Source of the DNA: Perna viridis
Taxonomy: Eukaryota
DNA: 64,000 nt
Reading direction: 5' to 3'
Assembly: GCA_037379345.1 (NCBI GenBank)
Contig: CM074511.1
Span: forward strand, 56,922,862-56,986,861
Numbering within the stretch: position 1 is the first letter of the stretch; each line of letters opens with the position of its first letter. Below, one piece after another: positions 1 through 14,928 of this stretch. The notes below the pieces were generated by a model that was not told the DNA's origin, did no database searches, and saw nothing but the letters and a program-made list of their open reading frames with translations. The translations under genes and the position numbers were made by a program.

Positions 1-352
1 CGTACTGAATTTTGTTAAATGGACTATAAAAATAATGCAAATTTTCAAATTACCAATGATCACATTCCTTTGTAAAATTATGAATTAAAAGTTTCTTGTC
101 TACGTTTTTGACCTGGAAACTGGATTTGTAGAATGAACTGTATATAAAATTTTATGTTCTGAAATGTAACAAACTAGAAAGAAAAAAATATTTTAAAATA
201 TCACGTACTGAATTTTGTTAAATGGACTATGAAAATAATGCAAATTTTCAAATTACCAATGATCACATTCCTTTGTAAAATTATGAATTAAAAGTTTCTT
301 GTCTACGTTTTTGACCTGGAAACTGGATTTGTAGAATGAACTGTATATAAAA
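1..352. repeat. Near-identical direct duplication (about 149 bp, period 203)
   Basis: cgtactgaatttt...gaactgtatataaaa occurs at 1-149 and 204-352 with one visible mismatch. Confidence 0.9.
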
Positions 353-883
353 CACTGACTGCTTCATGTCGTACTTCAACTTCCTGGTAAGTTCTTGACA
401 AGAGATAACCCAAATGGAATAATTACTTATTTCCAACACTCTACCGAAGATTTATCAACCACTAGTATTCTAAGAAATGATTTATATCAAAATATATCAC
501 AAAAGAATATTAATTCACAGTTGGAAATTGAATCTCACCAATATCATACAATAAATAGAATGCAATATTTATTCAAAATATAAGAATTTCAATCTATCTG
601 AGCGTATAATGATTTTTCAGAACTCAAATCCTGTCAATGAAGTCAAATAACACTGGCCTATTTTCTAAGTATGATGGTTCAAACAAGTTTGAATGCAATT
701 AAACAACGAGTTTTCCTGTGCCAAACTCAGCCTTAGGGGATACAATGATGTCGTTTTGACATTTCTGCTTCCTCGTTCAATGCTACATGGAAATCTTGTA
801 GTATTTCAAATTTAGCTGTGCTGTTTTGGAAGACAGTTTCAGTGTAGTATCATAGAAAAACACATAGCCAAATTATAAACTAT

Positions 884-886
<3 letters not shown>

Positions 887-938
<52 letters not shown>

Positions 939-1125
939 GTACAACGTCTCTCTTCGCTACACTGCTCCATCGGATTAAATTGATACAGTGAAGATAACGT
1001 AAACTTATAGAAGGGTCTGAAAAATTCCCAACGATGTTAGAACTGTCAAATTTGCCAAGCAAATTTTTGGTCGTTCCCTCCGCGGGACTCGAACTCGTAC
1101 CGCTGTGACATCTATGGCAACACAT
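887..1125 (-). mobile_element. 5'-truncated tRNA-derived SINE ending in a (TA)n tract
   Basis: Minus strand has the B-box-like GAGTTCGAGTCCCG (about 1081-1097), then a body ending at (TA)n 887-938. No complete cloverleaf. Confidence 0.55.
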
Positions 1126-1380
1126 GCATCATTAATTTGATCCTCTATCCTACATAATAACACCTAGATGAACTGTCCCGTACTACCACACATCGTGTAC
1201 TAAGTTACAGCCCTAGATTAATCATACAAGGAGGAATGAGTATATATACATTATGACTTCAAGAAATTAAGATTTTTTTTTCTGAATTCTTCATTTATCA
1301 TAAACTTATTGCTTTACAAAAATAGTTAAAGGGGAACTGAGGAATAACACATTTGACATTAATTGTTTTCAAGTTTACCA

Positions 1381-2018
1381 TCCCGGCTTGACTATGGAAA
1401 TTCATTACTATATGGCATAAACAATGTAAATATTTCAAAATTACAACGTGTCCAAAACTCAGCTGCAGATTTGATCACGAGGACTAAAAGACATGAACAC
1501 ATCACACCGGTTCTAAAGAAATTACACTAGGTTCTTGTTCAATACATATGTCAATTCAAACTTTTGATGTATGCTTTTAAGGTTTTACACGGTCGCGCCC
1601 CGATCTATTTGAAGAAACTGCTCCCTTTATATGTTCCATCTATACAATTACGTTCTGAGAAATGAAATGCTTATCAAACAACCGAGAGTGAGAACAAAGA
1701 CATACGGTGAAAGACCCTTCGATAAATCAGCTGCCACATTATGGAATGGTTTGCCTAGTGACATCAGGAAAATTACATCACTCGAACTATTCAGAAAAAA
1801 TGTTAAGACTCATCTTTTTAGACTGGCTTACTCGGATTCCATGTGAACGTTCTTCTGTGAATTTCAGTTGTTTTTACCTTATTTTGTTTAATTTATATTA
1901 TTTTCATATTATTGTTTATATTGTGTGATATTCTTATGTATGTAAAGCGGTTATAGTAATTGTAACATTATATAATGCGCTATACAAATATTGTAAATAA
2001 TAAAATGATAATAATAAA
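1381..2018 (+). mobile_element. L2/CR1-group LINE 3' end, decayed
   Basis: Translates SRLDYGNSLLYG..KLQRVQNSAA.LI..KRHEHITPVLKKLH*...AATLWNGLPSDIR...FRKNVKTHLF with a stop and a frameshift. Followed by a gcgctata...aataataa tail. Confidence 0.85.
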
Positions 2019-2125
2019 AGTCTCCATTTTTCATCATACACAAATAAAATAGTTTTAAGTTCTAACAAATCATTAAGCATCTTCTGTGGAAGGATTGTGA
2101 CGGAGAGTACGGGGGGGGGGGACAT

Positions 2126-2585
2126 TCAACATTAATTTGTTTATTCGTCATTTTAGGTCGCACAGAGTTGAAATGGTCGCAATCCACTCGGAAGGATTCA
2201 GAGATCTCATTTCAACATTAGTTTCCTTCTCCAACATTCATTTGTTTATTCGCCATTTTAGGTTGCAAAGAGTTTGGAATGGTCGCAATCGACTCGGGAG
2301 GGGTCAGAAATTTCATTTGTCATTTCAACATTCATTTTGTTTTTTAACATTAATTTTCTTATTGGTCATTTAAGGTCGCACAGCGTTGGGAATGATACAA
2401 AGGACTCAGGAGGGGCAATCGGCTCCGGAAGGATCAGAGATCTCATTTCAATACTCATTTTTTTCAACATTCATTGCCTTGTTCGCCATATTAGGTCGCA
2501 CAAAGTTGGTAATGGTTGCAATCGATTCGGGAGGGGTCATATATGCCATTTTCATTTCATCATTCATTTCCTTATTCGCCATATG
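2126..2585 (+). repeat. Degenerate tandem repeat, about 105-bp unit, 4-5 copies; further copies at about 4105-4202 (+) and 6280-6345 (-)
   Basis: Recurring ttaggtcgcacagagttggaaatggtcgcaatcgactcgggaggggtcagagatctcatttcaacatt. Confidence 0.85.
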
Positions 2586-5500
2586 AAGGAGATGTGACAC
2601 AATTTTTTTTTATGTTTTGTTTATTTGATTTATTACACCTAAAATATATAATCAAAAACCCCTTGTAGTTACTTCCGTCGTTAAATTGAACATAGATTGA
2701 TTCAAAATCGACAATGGCCCAAGCTATACGAATTTTGATTAGTCTAATGGTCACGTGACCGTGTTACGTCATTAGTTCCCAATTCATAGATCAAGTGGTT
2801 GAAATGCGTAGGGCTTCTGCATTTATTGCATGATTTCGACAACTGAGCGCGAAAATATTAAAAGTTGTGGTATCAATTTAAATCACTTCGGGAAGATAAT
2901 GATAAACAAAGTAAAAAATATCTAACCATTACATCAACTATCTCTATATTTAACTCCTTGGTTACATGAAGACTAGACAGAGTGAGACGACACCACTTCT
3001 GTTCGAAGAGTACACAGAACAATTTCTTTTTGTTCTTTCTTGTAAGATTGAACTTTAACATAAAGTAATTTAAATTCATATTCTAAGATTTAATGTTTCG
3101 ATCACGGTCTCCAATGAAAATATTGATTTCACTCCTTTTTTTACAAAACGTAACTACTGACCATTGTACCAGTACTATGGGGAGTAATATAAAGTCCCTG
3201 CAAGTACAGATAATGATACGAACATGTTCAATTTTCGTTAGCTTTGATAATTTTATTTGATATCCCATAAGGGTTTCGTGCTGAAGCTTCCTTGTGATCT
3301 AAATCTTTTTTGCTAAAAATTAAATATTTTAACTGACCTATAAAATATTGTCCATTAAAGCTCCCTTAAATTCACTGACGGTCACCTATAATATACTGTG
3401 TATTGTGTCATAAAATCCGTAAAAAAAAGAAATTCAATTATATTTCAATTATTATCAAGTCATAAACGGCCTGCGTCAACACCTGTGTTAATTACGGGTC
3501 GCCGAACCATGTAAAGTTAAAAAAAAAGCCACCCAAGCTATCTCTTGGTCATAATTAAGTCTACCGGGCTTGTTTATCAATATAACCTAGCAGCAAAGAA
3601 AGAACGATACACAGTGTGTCACTATTTTAGTAGTATCCTCCTGTTCCAGTTCAAAAATAGTGCGCAAAGTAGTTGTGTATTCACCATGCGGGGATGTATG
3701 CCTAACGAAAATGAAAAGCTGACAGAAAACGAGAAGAACTTAGTCTTCTTACTTTCTAAACACTTTTATTGCATCCATACACAGATTAGTTGACAACTCT
3801 GGATCATAAAGACAAGCCATTTTCGATGATGTATAATTTTTTTCGGACACACGTGTACATTTTCAATGTACCCAGATGGAGATTGAGAGCCAGTGACGTT
3901 GCATTTCCATATAGGGGGATTAAGCTTTACTTATGGTTTTCATTTATGCATATTAATTAGGTCGTCGTGAAAACACAAATTAATCATTCTAACTTTATTT
4001 TGCACTAATCTGATGAGAAAATGTTTGTTACACTCGTATTTAAACATACTATAGTTTTATAAATACAAACATTTATAAAATGATATTTTTTGTGTCACGT
4101 CTTCTTTAAGGTCGCACAGAGTTGGGAATAGTCGCAATCGACTCGGGAGGGGTCGGAGATCTCATTTCAACATTCATTTCCTTATTCGCCATATTAGGTC
4201 ATTTCACTCTTTTTGTAGTTATTTGGGATTGGCGAGTCAACCATGCACCATCACACTCATTAACACACGATGGATTTCAGGTACATTCGTATGTTTCATT
4301 TAAAAATCAACTTGTCATAATGGTATCAAATTATGGTCACAATTACGATTTTTGAGTAAAATGCAAAATACATGCCCTACCCCACCAAAAACAACTAACA
4401 TGACACGTTTTAAACTTCTTTGGTATTAATGTTTCAGTATAACATTTTTCTATGTCTTTAAAGTTATTCTGAAAACTTGTTGCGATTTGAAATTTTTGGT
4501 AGGATGCATTCCTTTCTACATTTCTCAAACGTTAAATTGTTTCAAATTTGGAATCTTTCCATCGATAATTTCAATTCATGATGAAACCGGGATAAACAAC
4601 TTTCAGTATTTTAAAAGCACAAAACAGGGACATATTATCCTTACCGTATAAAACAGGTCTCAAATAAAAGCTTGTTTGAACTACTACAATAACGGGTGAT
4701 ATAGAAGAAAATCTGAAATTCTGAAAATTTCCGTTTGTACGATTTCATAATAAATGTATATTCAAAAGGATTATGTAAGCGCTTGAATTGATCAGATATG
4801 TTAGATACATCAGTTTCATAATATTGAATGCCTTAGATATAATAGTACGTGGGCTTAAGATAACCCCCGTGCAACCCCCACTCATCAACAAAAATACCTC
4901 CAATTTACGAATCATTTTGTCGTTAAAAATTGACTGAAGTTTTTTTTAAGGCTACTTTTTATATGAGGCAAAAATCCATTTTACATGTTTTTTTTTTATT
5001 TTTCGAACCGCTTCTTTCTACAAAATGATTTAAATTGACATGTATAGGAATCGACATATAGCACAGTGTCTCAGCTTTACCATAATACTAATAAATTTAC
5101 GGAAACACTTTGGATTTTAGAATAAAATGAAACAAATGCCCCCACCACATAAAAAAATCGATAAAATTGACATTTTGTCAATTTCAAAACACCTAGAGTA
5201 TTTATGCTTCAGTAAAAAAAAAGTCTTATTTGGTATTTTCTGTTTATTATTATCACAATTTATACTTCTGGGATTCTTTTGATGACTTTTTGCGAGTTTT
5301 GTTGTCATAATTTATCAAAAAATGGGGGAAAAAATATGTGACTTTCGATTTTTCCGTAAAAGTCGCATACATTCGACAAGTATTGCTCAAATAAAACGTC
5401 TGAAATTTGGTACCATTCGACAGATAATTTAATTTTCTACCAAAATAAACCACGAAAAAACTAATTTTCTAGAAACACTTTTCAAAAAATATTAAAAAAT

Positions 5501-8350
5501 ATTATCACTATCCCAAAAAAACTGGTCTCAGTATCAAACAAAATTCTCATTCACAGCATACCGACAGTGTAAAACTCACATTTTAGGCATTCCTAATTAA
5601 GATAATGGTGTAACCAAAATATGTGATTAGAAATTCTTTTTAGGATTACAATTGCTATAAAATCGTAAAATTTGTTCAATTTGCTCTAGTTTAAACAAAC
5701 GTTTGTGTAATACAGTACATTTATATAGTGTCTTAGCTTTTCAAATGAGCCCAAGTATAAATATAAACTTTTCCAAGTCAAGTTAGATAAAAATTTACCA
5801 CCCCTACCCCTGAACCAATAACAATAAACAATAAATTAATATCATATATACGGTTTACAATAGACATGTTGGGTACTATTGTTTTAATCCAATATATCTG
5901 ATAATTTCAGGCGCGTATTCTTTCCATTTTCAATGTGATGATAATGAGGTTTTAATCCAAAAGGGAATTTTCGAAAGTTTTACATTTGGATTTGTTTCAA
6001 GTGTTACCGAAATTGTAAAGTTGGGGAATTTGGCCACAATATGATACCTATATGTATTTAGTTTCTTTAAGCATGTTGTCCCAGGATGACTTAGACTATC
6101 GGACAATTGAGTAAAAATAATCTTGAATTTTTGACCCAGTGAGGTAATAATGTAGGATTATACTGAAAAAGAATCCGGGAATATTCTTTGGCGACAAATT
6201 GATTCGGTAATGGGAGGTATAAAGATACCTGAAAATTACCAGTTTTGAAATTGAAAGTTGATAAGTGGGGTGGGGGTACATTGCGACCATTTACAACATT
6301 GTGCGACCTAAATTGGCGAATGAATGTTAAAATGAGATCTATTTATTTTGTTTTTAAATGTTGAAAAAGGAAATAGAAAAAAGGCTCGGTAATTTCAAAA
6401 TTTGCTAAACTCTTTTAATTTTGCCCCATTCATCTGAGGACAAGCAAATTATGTCAGATAGTCCGATCATGCAAATTATTGATTTACATGACATTTAACT
6501 TCCAAGGCATTTAGCAGGTTCCACAATATAATGTTTCACTTTTATAATACATACCATGCATAATTGTTTTCTTCAATATAACAACACTTCACAACTTCTT
6601 AAATACTCATCTAACATTTACTCCATCATAATGATAAGAATCGTATGGTTATCATCCAATTAGTATTTCACTATCCATGTCTACATGCTTCTTTTTGTGA
6701 GTTGTAGTTTCAAAACGGAAATTTAAATTCGTACAAGACCAAAGCTGTTATGGTGTGATTTATAATTGCGCAAGCTGCCACACATAATTCTTAAATCGCG
6801 AAATGTTTAAGAATATGTTTAAATTAGCATTTTATGCAACAATATGATCAGCTTTTGTAACAAAACCAGATAGACAGCTAAAAATTGAGTAATAACACCC
6901 AACAATTATGAAGGTGTAAAATAATTGTTTTTTAATTTTTAAAACCAGATTTGAAATAAGTAAGTATTGTCATTGAAAAACAATGTAAATACACAAAACA
7001 GGAGAGATAACTACCAGAAGGAACGATTTTCTAGCATTTTATTGTTTTAAGAAATATCAAAAGATTGAATAATTGTTGAAACGATGAAACGAAGAAGACC
7101 ATTGAAAGTGAAAATATATTTTCTAATTAGTGGGCTTCGGACAGGCTATCATTAGACTTTTCCATCAATGTCTCATTCTTTAAAAAAAATATCTATAAAA
7201 ATTACTTTCTTTAGCGAACTGCACTCTGGTGGTCTCTTAAAGGAAAAAAGACAAACGCTAATTATCACTTGATTAATGTGCATGTAAAAAGTCAATTAAA
7301 AAAGTAAACATATACAGTCTTCTAACTTTTCATGTGTAAGCAAATGTAGATGTATCATTTCATCATGAAATTCTATTGGATCCATAATTTGCACCAATCC
7401 TTAGATAAGCCTTTAGATTCATAAATGTGGATATGGTTGAAAGCACCACACAGATAAAACAGAGTCTGTCTTTAAAAAGAAACAGTCTAAATTAAGTTAT
7501 CGGTAAATTTACTTGTATGTCCAATCTAATGGCAGATCACAGACTCTAATTAACTTCCTGGTCTACGTTTGTAAGTTAATTATTAGAGAAGAGCTCTGTG
7601 ACATCAAGTCATTACTGCTAATTTTGGCACATTGTTTTCGTAGACTCGCCGCGCATCCTTACGTGTTCTAACAATACTAACCTTGACATCTAAAATGATA
7701 TACGGGTATGCAACGGAAAGAGAAGTTATTTTTTTTTATTTTAAAGACAGGCGAATTTATTTTTTAGTATGTTGCAGAGCTAAGTGTTCATCTGTCTAAC
7801 ACATCAATTGATTGAAAATGAATACAACACATCACTTACGATGACCTATTCCTATGCAATATTTAAGTTATGTTTATCATGTTTTTGAGCTACCTCTTGG
7901 AAGAAAAAGCGGATTTTTGTTAATAAAATAGCTTGGTATTTGAATATTTTGATCTACGTGACTACATAATGTTAACATTGACTATCAAAACAAAAATAAA
8001 AGCTTAAACATTGATGTTTAGAAAGGTTTTTTTTATTAAAGATCTAGAATTCAAATATCATGGAGAAAGTTCAAAACAACCACTATTTACAAACAGACAA
8101 ATACATATAAATTGATAATCATAGATGAATCCAGTGATGCATGTATTAGCTAATCTGCTTTTGTCTTTGACATACGCATGTATATAATACGCAGTTATTT
8201 GTATATAAAAAAAGATTTTTTAGTTTAAAGGATAAAATTTGAAACAGGACATCGCACAACCATAAAAATCCTACATAATATTAGCATTCTTTCATTCCTT
8301 TTAAAGCCTGTTTTATTATTCATTAGATTAAAGATTCTTTAAATGATTAC

Positions 8351-8798
8351 CTGGAACTAGAGAATACACATTAAGGCTAAGACAATCATCCACCTGCGAT
8401 CCTGAATGTTTTGCTATCCTGATATATTCTCGTACCATCCTTGATGCTATCTTGTCATAAAACTGACTGACCCCATTAAATGGCTGAGGACAAACACCTT
8501 TGAAGGTCGTGCACGCAATATAATCCTCCTTTCTATTTGGTATAGCATCTGAAGCTGGATGGAAAGTAAATATTATATTACGCTTCAATGAACCATAGTC
8601 TACTCCGAGAAATGCTTCAATGTACCTCAAATATGGTGCTGTTGGAAAACTTACAGTTAATCCACGGATTTCACCATTTCTAATTTTAACTTTTCTCTGT
8701 CCCCAACTCTTTTTCTCAATAATAAATGAGAACATCGGCAGTTGAGCAAACAATATTGTATAGACATAGAAATTGTTGAATATTCTTGACAACAACAT
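8351..8798 (-). CDS. Neuroligin-like variable first coding exon V1 (signal-like N-terminus + N-terminal cholinesterase-like segment); exon only
   Basis: ATG at 8798 (MLLSRIFNNFYVYTILFAQLPMFSF). Motifs NGEIRGL, IEAFLGVDYG, FKGVCPQ-x33-CLSLNVY. Ends CCA G|GTAATC (GT at 8350-8349). Length 448 nt = 149 codons + 1, phase 1. Confidence 0.85.
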
Positions 8799-11530
8799 AT
8801 TCACTAAGGAATAAACTCTAACACGTAATACTGTTACATCTTTACCAACTGTAATAACAATCAACAAGATCACCGTAACACAATTAATATCTGTACATCT
8901 TCTATCTTTCGACAATATGTTAACAACCTCTCCACCGTAATGAGAATGGCGGTTTACATCATATTCAAGAAAGGATCAGAAAGCCAGATCAGTGCAATCC
9001 AGATCGACCCACAACGGTGTTTCCAATAAGATTTGGTAAGGTCGACTAATTTGTTCATTCCAAGACAGTTCTCCATAGGAAGTATTAGATAAAGGAAATC
9101 GAAATGAAAGTCAAAACTAAATTCTTACCAAATGATCCAATATTTATAGGATAATAAAGACAGACTCTAATTTCCATTAGGGACGATGCTCAATTTGATT
9201 TGACCGTAAATCAGAGTGCAGCGCAACAGCAAATGTTCAACAGAAGTATACATCTTCTTTTTCACTTAATTTGTTTATCTCCTAGTTCCTGGTGAGACCT
9301 ATTTCGTTATTGGATCCATGGTTTATAACTGCTTCCAACTGTATGCCTGGTATTCCCTATCTTCTCTTTATTTATAACCATTTTCTTCTGGATTGGAATA
9401 GATGAACAAAACTATGGTCTTAACGTCGCGATCGCCTTAAACGGTATCATTAAACCTCGATTTTGTTTTTCGTTTTCATAATTCCTAACCACATCATTTG
9501 CCAAAGGATATAAGACCAAGTGCTCATAGTTAACTGCATAATTGTGTCGTAAATAAAATATTTATCCCAGTATTGGTAATAACTATTAGTGCCAATGTGG
9601 TTTATAGGATTTATGTCAGAACAATTCAAACTAGAATACGTAGAATACACAGACGTTTGATCAAGCTCCTGATTGTGTAGATGAATCCTCAAATATATCA
9701 AAAAGTGAACAAGTTGCAAATGAAGCCAAGTACTATTAACAACATTCTGACAGCCCCAAATGTTAATTCAGCATCATGTTGCTGTCAATTTTCACAACTT
9801 TCAAAGCCCTTGTTATTGAAGGGCTATCAAGACGGAAATAACAGCACAGCTGAAGTGTATAATACCGAATTTCTGATTATAATGTGATATGACATGGAGT
9901 TCTTCTAAATTGGCAAGCTATAAAAGGGGAAGTAATAATATTAGTACCGAGAAAATTTCATTTATCATGTCTACAGCTGTTACAACTTGTGACTTTTATT
10001 GGAAATATGTTGGTACTGTAATCGCAGTTGGTATGAAGGGATGTAATACATCAAAGCTAAAATGTTCAGATATTGTATACTAATCGATTTGTATGTCTTT
10101 TTATATTATTTTTATTCATTTGGGTTAAAGTTTAAACAATGTTTATCTACAGACATATAAAATCTGTCTGTGCACCAGAACTGATAATATTGGGCAAGGG
10201 CTCACAAACTAAGTTGATAACCATAGGACTGATAACTCAAGATTGTCTGATCTTTACCAGTTATTAGTAATGAAGGTCGGTCAAATCTTTTTTTTTTTTT
10301 TTGTAAATCAACAATATGATTTTTTTGTTGTTGTAAAAACATGCACATTATAAAATTTCTATTACACATAAGAAAAAGAAAGAAGGGAGGTCGGGAGTGC
10401 ACCAAAGGGTTAATACCAGAATGTCAAAACTGGCAACAATCGTTGAGATTTTATCATATCATAAACTACAAAACAAACATAAACATGAATTCAAATGAAT
10501 AAATTTGCTCAATATTTCTTTATATTTTCACTAAATTATGAATACATTTCTTTCCTTTTTTCAATTAAGGCACTTTTTAAAAATTAAATTAAAATGATAG
10601 TTTACAATGGGTATAAGTAAAAATAAATCCAGAAGGACCCATGAGATATAAAACTGGACAATACCTGCATTTAGCTTCCCGAACCATTGGATTCCTTTCA
10701 AATTAGTAAATAAAATAATTCATATTTGCCATTCAATAAGACAATCAAAGAGAAAGACAAATAGCATACTTTAAAAGCTTAGCAATAACCTTGTGAAATA
10801 TTATTAAAATTATTAAATCATTTGATTGAAAGTAAAAACAGTTAATAAAGACTTACAGTCTACCAAAACGTTTGCTAATTTTCCTATTCACATCCTTTAG
10901 CTCGTTACACAGAATATTGCTTTTTCTTATCATTCTTCTACCATACCAATACTCACTCAGAATTCAATTCAGATTGAAAATGTTATTCATTTCACTAAAC
11001 ATGATAAATAATAATAATAATAATAATAAAATAAAAAAAACAAAAGCAAAAACAAAACCAAAACCAAAATGAAACAATCCAGCAAGACAAACCAAAACAA
11101 ACATGTCTCCATTTTCCGTTCAACTGGATAATTATTCGTGAATTCCAACCGTGCTCCAAATGTATACGCTATTCAAAATCATACTTATCTCACAAAAATG
11201 TTTGTATCACACAAAACATATTATATTAAAAGTTCCTATGACCGTCACCGTTAAGTTGTCTGAAACTGCGAGTGAACCTCCACAACGATAAAAGTTTTTC
11301 GGTTTTCTGAGTTGTTTTTGTCCAATGAACAGTCAACTGGACTAACATTCCTGTCAAAACCGGAAGGCGTACCCTACCGTTGCATGTATTCCAAGTCCCA
11401 AGTTGTCGGTAGAGACCAGGTTATTGATTTATTTTTTGTTTTGTTCTTGTTTAATTCGATTCCATCATACTTTATGCTGCTTTTACCGTTTTCTTTTCTA
11501 AATTTTTATCTTTATCTGTCTATTTTTAAC

Positions 11531-12047
11531 GCCCCTTGCAGGTCCGGGTGTTAAAAGAATAGGCCTGCAGCAGCGCTAAGCTTGTCGTAAAAGGCGACTA
11601 AATAGTGCTCAGAACCCCAGCCGGGGGCTAGGGCGCTCTGCCCACAGAGCAACTGGGATGTGTGCCCCAGGTGGTGGAACGGGGTACCCCTGGCGTGTTA
11701 CATGCTGGGGTTGTCAGGCTATAATACGGAAAACCTGACCGCAAACCATAGTGGTGCACCGTGTTGGGAAAGATGCCACGTTCCTCGCACGTTAAAGAGC
11801 CCTACTGTGGTATTCTCCCGGAGTAGGAACCATATGGCTCCGCCACAGGAGGCTAAATTGCCCGACCCTACCCATGTCTCCCTATTTCCAGTGGCAATCA
11901 AAATATGTCGACCCCATTATCCTTGTGTCCCATCCCTTTTTCATTTCATCATCATTTCATGTTCATTTTATCATCAATTTCATGTTCATCGTCTGAATAT
12001 AGCTGAAATATTGCTGCTCGGACGTTAAACCCCAACAAACAAACAAA
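11531..12047 (+). mobile_element. Non-autonomous SINE-like retroposon with structured 5' end and (CAAA)n tail
   Basis: High similarity to 28261-28749. Tail gacgttaaaccccaacaaacaaacaaac. Degenerate TSD ctatttttaac / ctaattttgac. Internal gcacgttaaagagccc recalls the Meta-SINE core (from memory, not searched). Confidence 0.8.
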
Positions 12048-12483
12048 CTAATTTTGACAGGTTTTGACAATGGCCCTTTTGGGTGAGTTTCCCCATAGTT
12101 CTTCAACAAAGACTCTTATTGTTCATCTGTGAACCAAACCTTTCACGTTGTTTTTCTGTTGTCTTACTAAACAAACGTTTTATGACGACATTACAACAAT
12201 CAAATTGAGTCATCAAAGACGTCGTCCACGCCTTCACAGCTGCGGACTATATTTAAGTTTTTCGGTTTATTGTCACGGCCCAGACAAAAAGATATTTCCA
12301 AACCAATTTAGCAATGGACAATTTGCTGTGTAAAAGAAAGTTTGACAGAAGCCATTATATCTCCCACTAAATATACAGTCGAATTAGAGAAAAACGGATG
12401 CAGCGTTATGCGAACAAGACACTGCATTATTTATTGAGGTAACAATCAAAGTAGCAGGTGCCTAGTAAGATTTGTCCATATAT

Positions 12484-13188
12484 AAGAGTAATCAAGAGAA
12501 CCAAGGTTATAGCGGTAATCAAAAGAATGCAATCCAGGGACAAAGACTACACATGGAAAACAGACATACACAACAAAGAACATAAAGTAACTAAAATCAT
12601 ACATACAAAGTAACAAAAGCAAATGAGCAACTCGGACTCTACTAAAAACTGGGAGCATGGACCAGGTGCACCGGTAGGGTAAGCGTCCTCTGCTATCCTA
12701 GAAACACCCGCCGAGTTGCTCATAAAAAGTCAAGTCCGGGGTAGACAAACGAGGAAAGGAAAACTATGACCCGTTGAATAAATCAGTTTTCATGGTGCAG
12801 ATGAATACACCATAACGATCCACGAGTTCATGATGACGACCATAAAACTTCTGTAGTGATAACTTCAATCTTGTAGCAACTTAACTCTGTTCCAGAAGCC
12901 TATTTGTTAGAGTTCTAGCGCGATACAAAGTCTGCCTAATTGCAGCAAGCACTGGCATAACGTATGAGTTGTGATACGAAAACTTCATGCGCAGATAGAT
13001 ACTGAAGTGATAGTGCCATAGATGAAAGGAAAGTTGATAATTCGGAAAGAAAAGTCATCACGTTTTTCGTAAAATTTGGTTAATAGTTTTCCTTTACCAT
13101 CGATCTCTAAGTGTAGGTCAAGATATGAGGCTGACTTTACTGTGTCTGTAGTATCCTTTATATCAAGTTCTTTGGGGTAGATGCGATG
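12484..13188 (-). mobile_element. Penelope-like (Naiad-type) retroelement 3' fragment
   Basis: HRIYPKELDIKDTTDTVKSASYLDLHLEID...KRDDFSFRIINFPF, plus the family 3' UTR ending ttgattactctt. Confidence 0.85.
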
Positions 13189-14716
13189 ATTTAAAAACGT
13201 TAAGGGAGAATTGCGTAACAATAACAACTCTCGGATTGTTGATATCAAAAATCGAAAAACCTTGAATTTAAGTAACATGTGATCCCTGCTATATCCGTTT
13301 AACGATGTGTTAAAAGCTTTCAAAATGTCATGAACTAACTGTCAAGTCATTAAAGAACAGTTCATTTGGTTAAGTCAAAAACCAAGAAAATAATTAATAC
13401 CCCGGCTTCTTTTGGATTGAACAATCTTACAGATTACATCCTGTCGTTTCCATGTGCAAACTGGATCTTAATCAATCCTTTAAGAAACAATTCTTAGGAA
13501 TTCATACGATTGACTTAACTAATTATGCCTGAAAAAGCACTATCAAATATAATCAATCTCAATGAAATTTGGCATCACAAAACTTTATATGCTTTTCAGA
13601 GAGAACATTTACGTGTATTGCGCAATTGCAGTTTGATTATGATCGATATTGTAAAATATTTTAAATTAGCTTAGTTGTTTCTGTGATATAATATTACATC
13701 ATAAATGTGACAATAAAATCTTTCAACGACGATTTCAAAGGGTTGTGAAGTCTTTTCCGATGTTTCAAGCTAGAACAATATAAGCAGAAAATAAAATAAA
13801 TGATGGGTCAGTGTGCTCGTTTTTGAGATATAAGTATTCGAAATTTTGGCGTGAAAAGGATTTCTCCTGACTTTTCACATGTTTTTTCTTAGTAGGTTTT
13901 ATCTATTGAAAACCTCAAAGAATTTCATAAGAACTTCCAAAATAACATTTTAAAGTGTGTTTAATGAAATTAATAAAATAAAAATGGGGTCACTGGGCAA
14001 AAAAAATACCAATGCTATGAAATAGATAAAACCAGAGAAGTCAGAAATTCTGACAATAAATGGCTAAACATAAGCAGCGAACATCCTGAAGATGAAGCAA
14101 AAAATGACTAAGACATCAATTTTCGTATGCTATGTTGAATGATTTAAAAAAAATAAATTACACATTCCCATCCGTTAAATACATCTGTCCACTCCGTATC
14201 GTACATTCCATTACCTTTCATAAGACAATCAAAAAAGATGTTCTTATCAAGGCTTATTCGTTCTTTACACTGTGGTGTGTTCTGTCATTGACGGAATAAG
14301 CTACACATGTTATGATTAGTATATTTGATATTGGATATACAATAAATGTAATTGTAAATAATATAGATTAAACGTTATTGTCTTGGGGATGAAGGTGTAA
14401 TTATTTATTCCGAATTAATTAAATGTCTAGTAATTGACTTAATCAAGATTCTTTTAAACCTCCTCAGGAATCTTAGGTAGTTTTTAAGTTTAACCATTTT
14501 CATAAAAAAAAACAAAAACAAAAACAAAAACAACACATCCAACAACAAACACAAGACTTTCCTAATAAATGGCATTTTCTTATAATGGTTTTATTCAAAT
14601 TGATGTTAGTAATGTCCGGAAAATTACATCCTGAATTGAAGAGTTATATGACAGAGAATTGAAGTATTCTTCGTGTAAAAGAAACATGATTGAACGAGGT
14701 CTGAATGAAAAAAAAA

Positions 14717-14928
14717 ACTAAATTATACTGATAGTATAGACATTACTTCACTAAATTATACTGATACTATAGACATTACTTCACTAAGTTTTACTGATAG
14801 TATAGACATTACTTCACTAAATTATACTGATAGTATAGACATTACTTCACTAAGTTATACTGATACTATAGACATTACTTCACTAAGTTTTACTGATAGT
14901 ATAGACATTACTTCACTAAGTTTTACTG
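14717..14928. repeat. Minisatellite, 33-bp unit, about 6.4 copies
   Basis: actaa(a/g)tt(a/t)tactgata(g/c)tatagacattacttc head-to-tail with no spacers. Confidence 0.95.

Noticed and set aside
1-352. Functional significance of the 203-bp-period duplication
   Set aside because: Near-identical copies at the window edge. This is a recent duplication or assembly artefact with no further signal.
1075-1125. tRNA gene
   Set aside because: Only a B-box/T-arm-like part is present, attached to a SINE-like body and tail.
6410-6450. Minus-strand FACPQ as an additional V exon
   Set aside because: A stop codon lies immediately upstream and another soon after, and no other motifs are present.
14717-14928. 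CRISPR-like array of 33-bp repeats
   Set aside because: Units are head-to-tail with no unique spacers, the context is eukaryotic and there are no cas genes.
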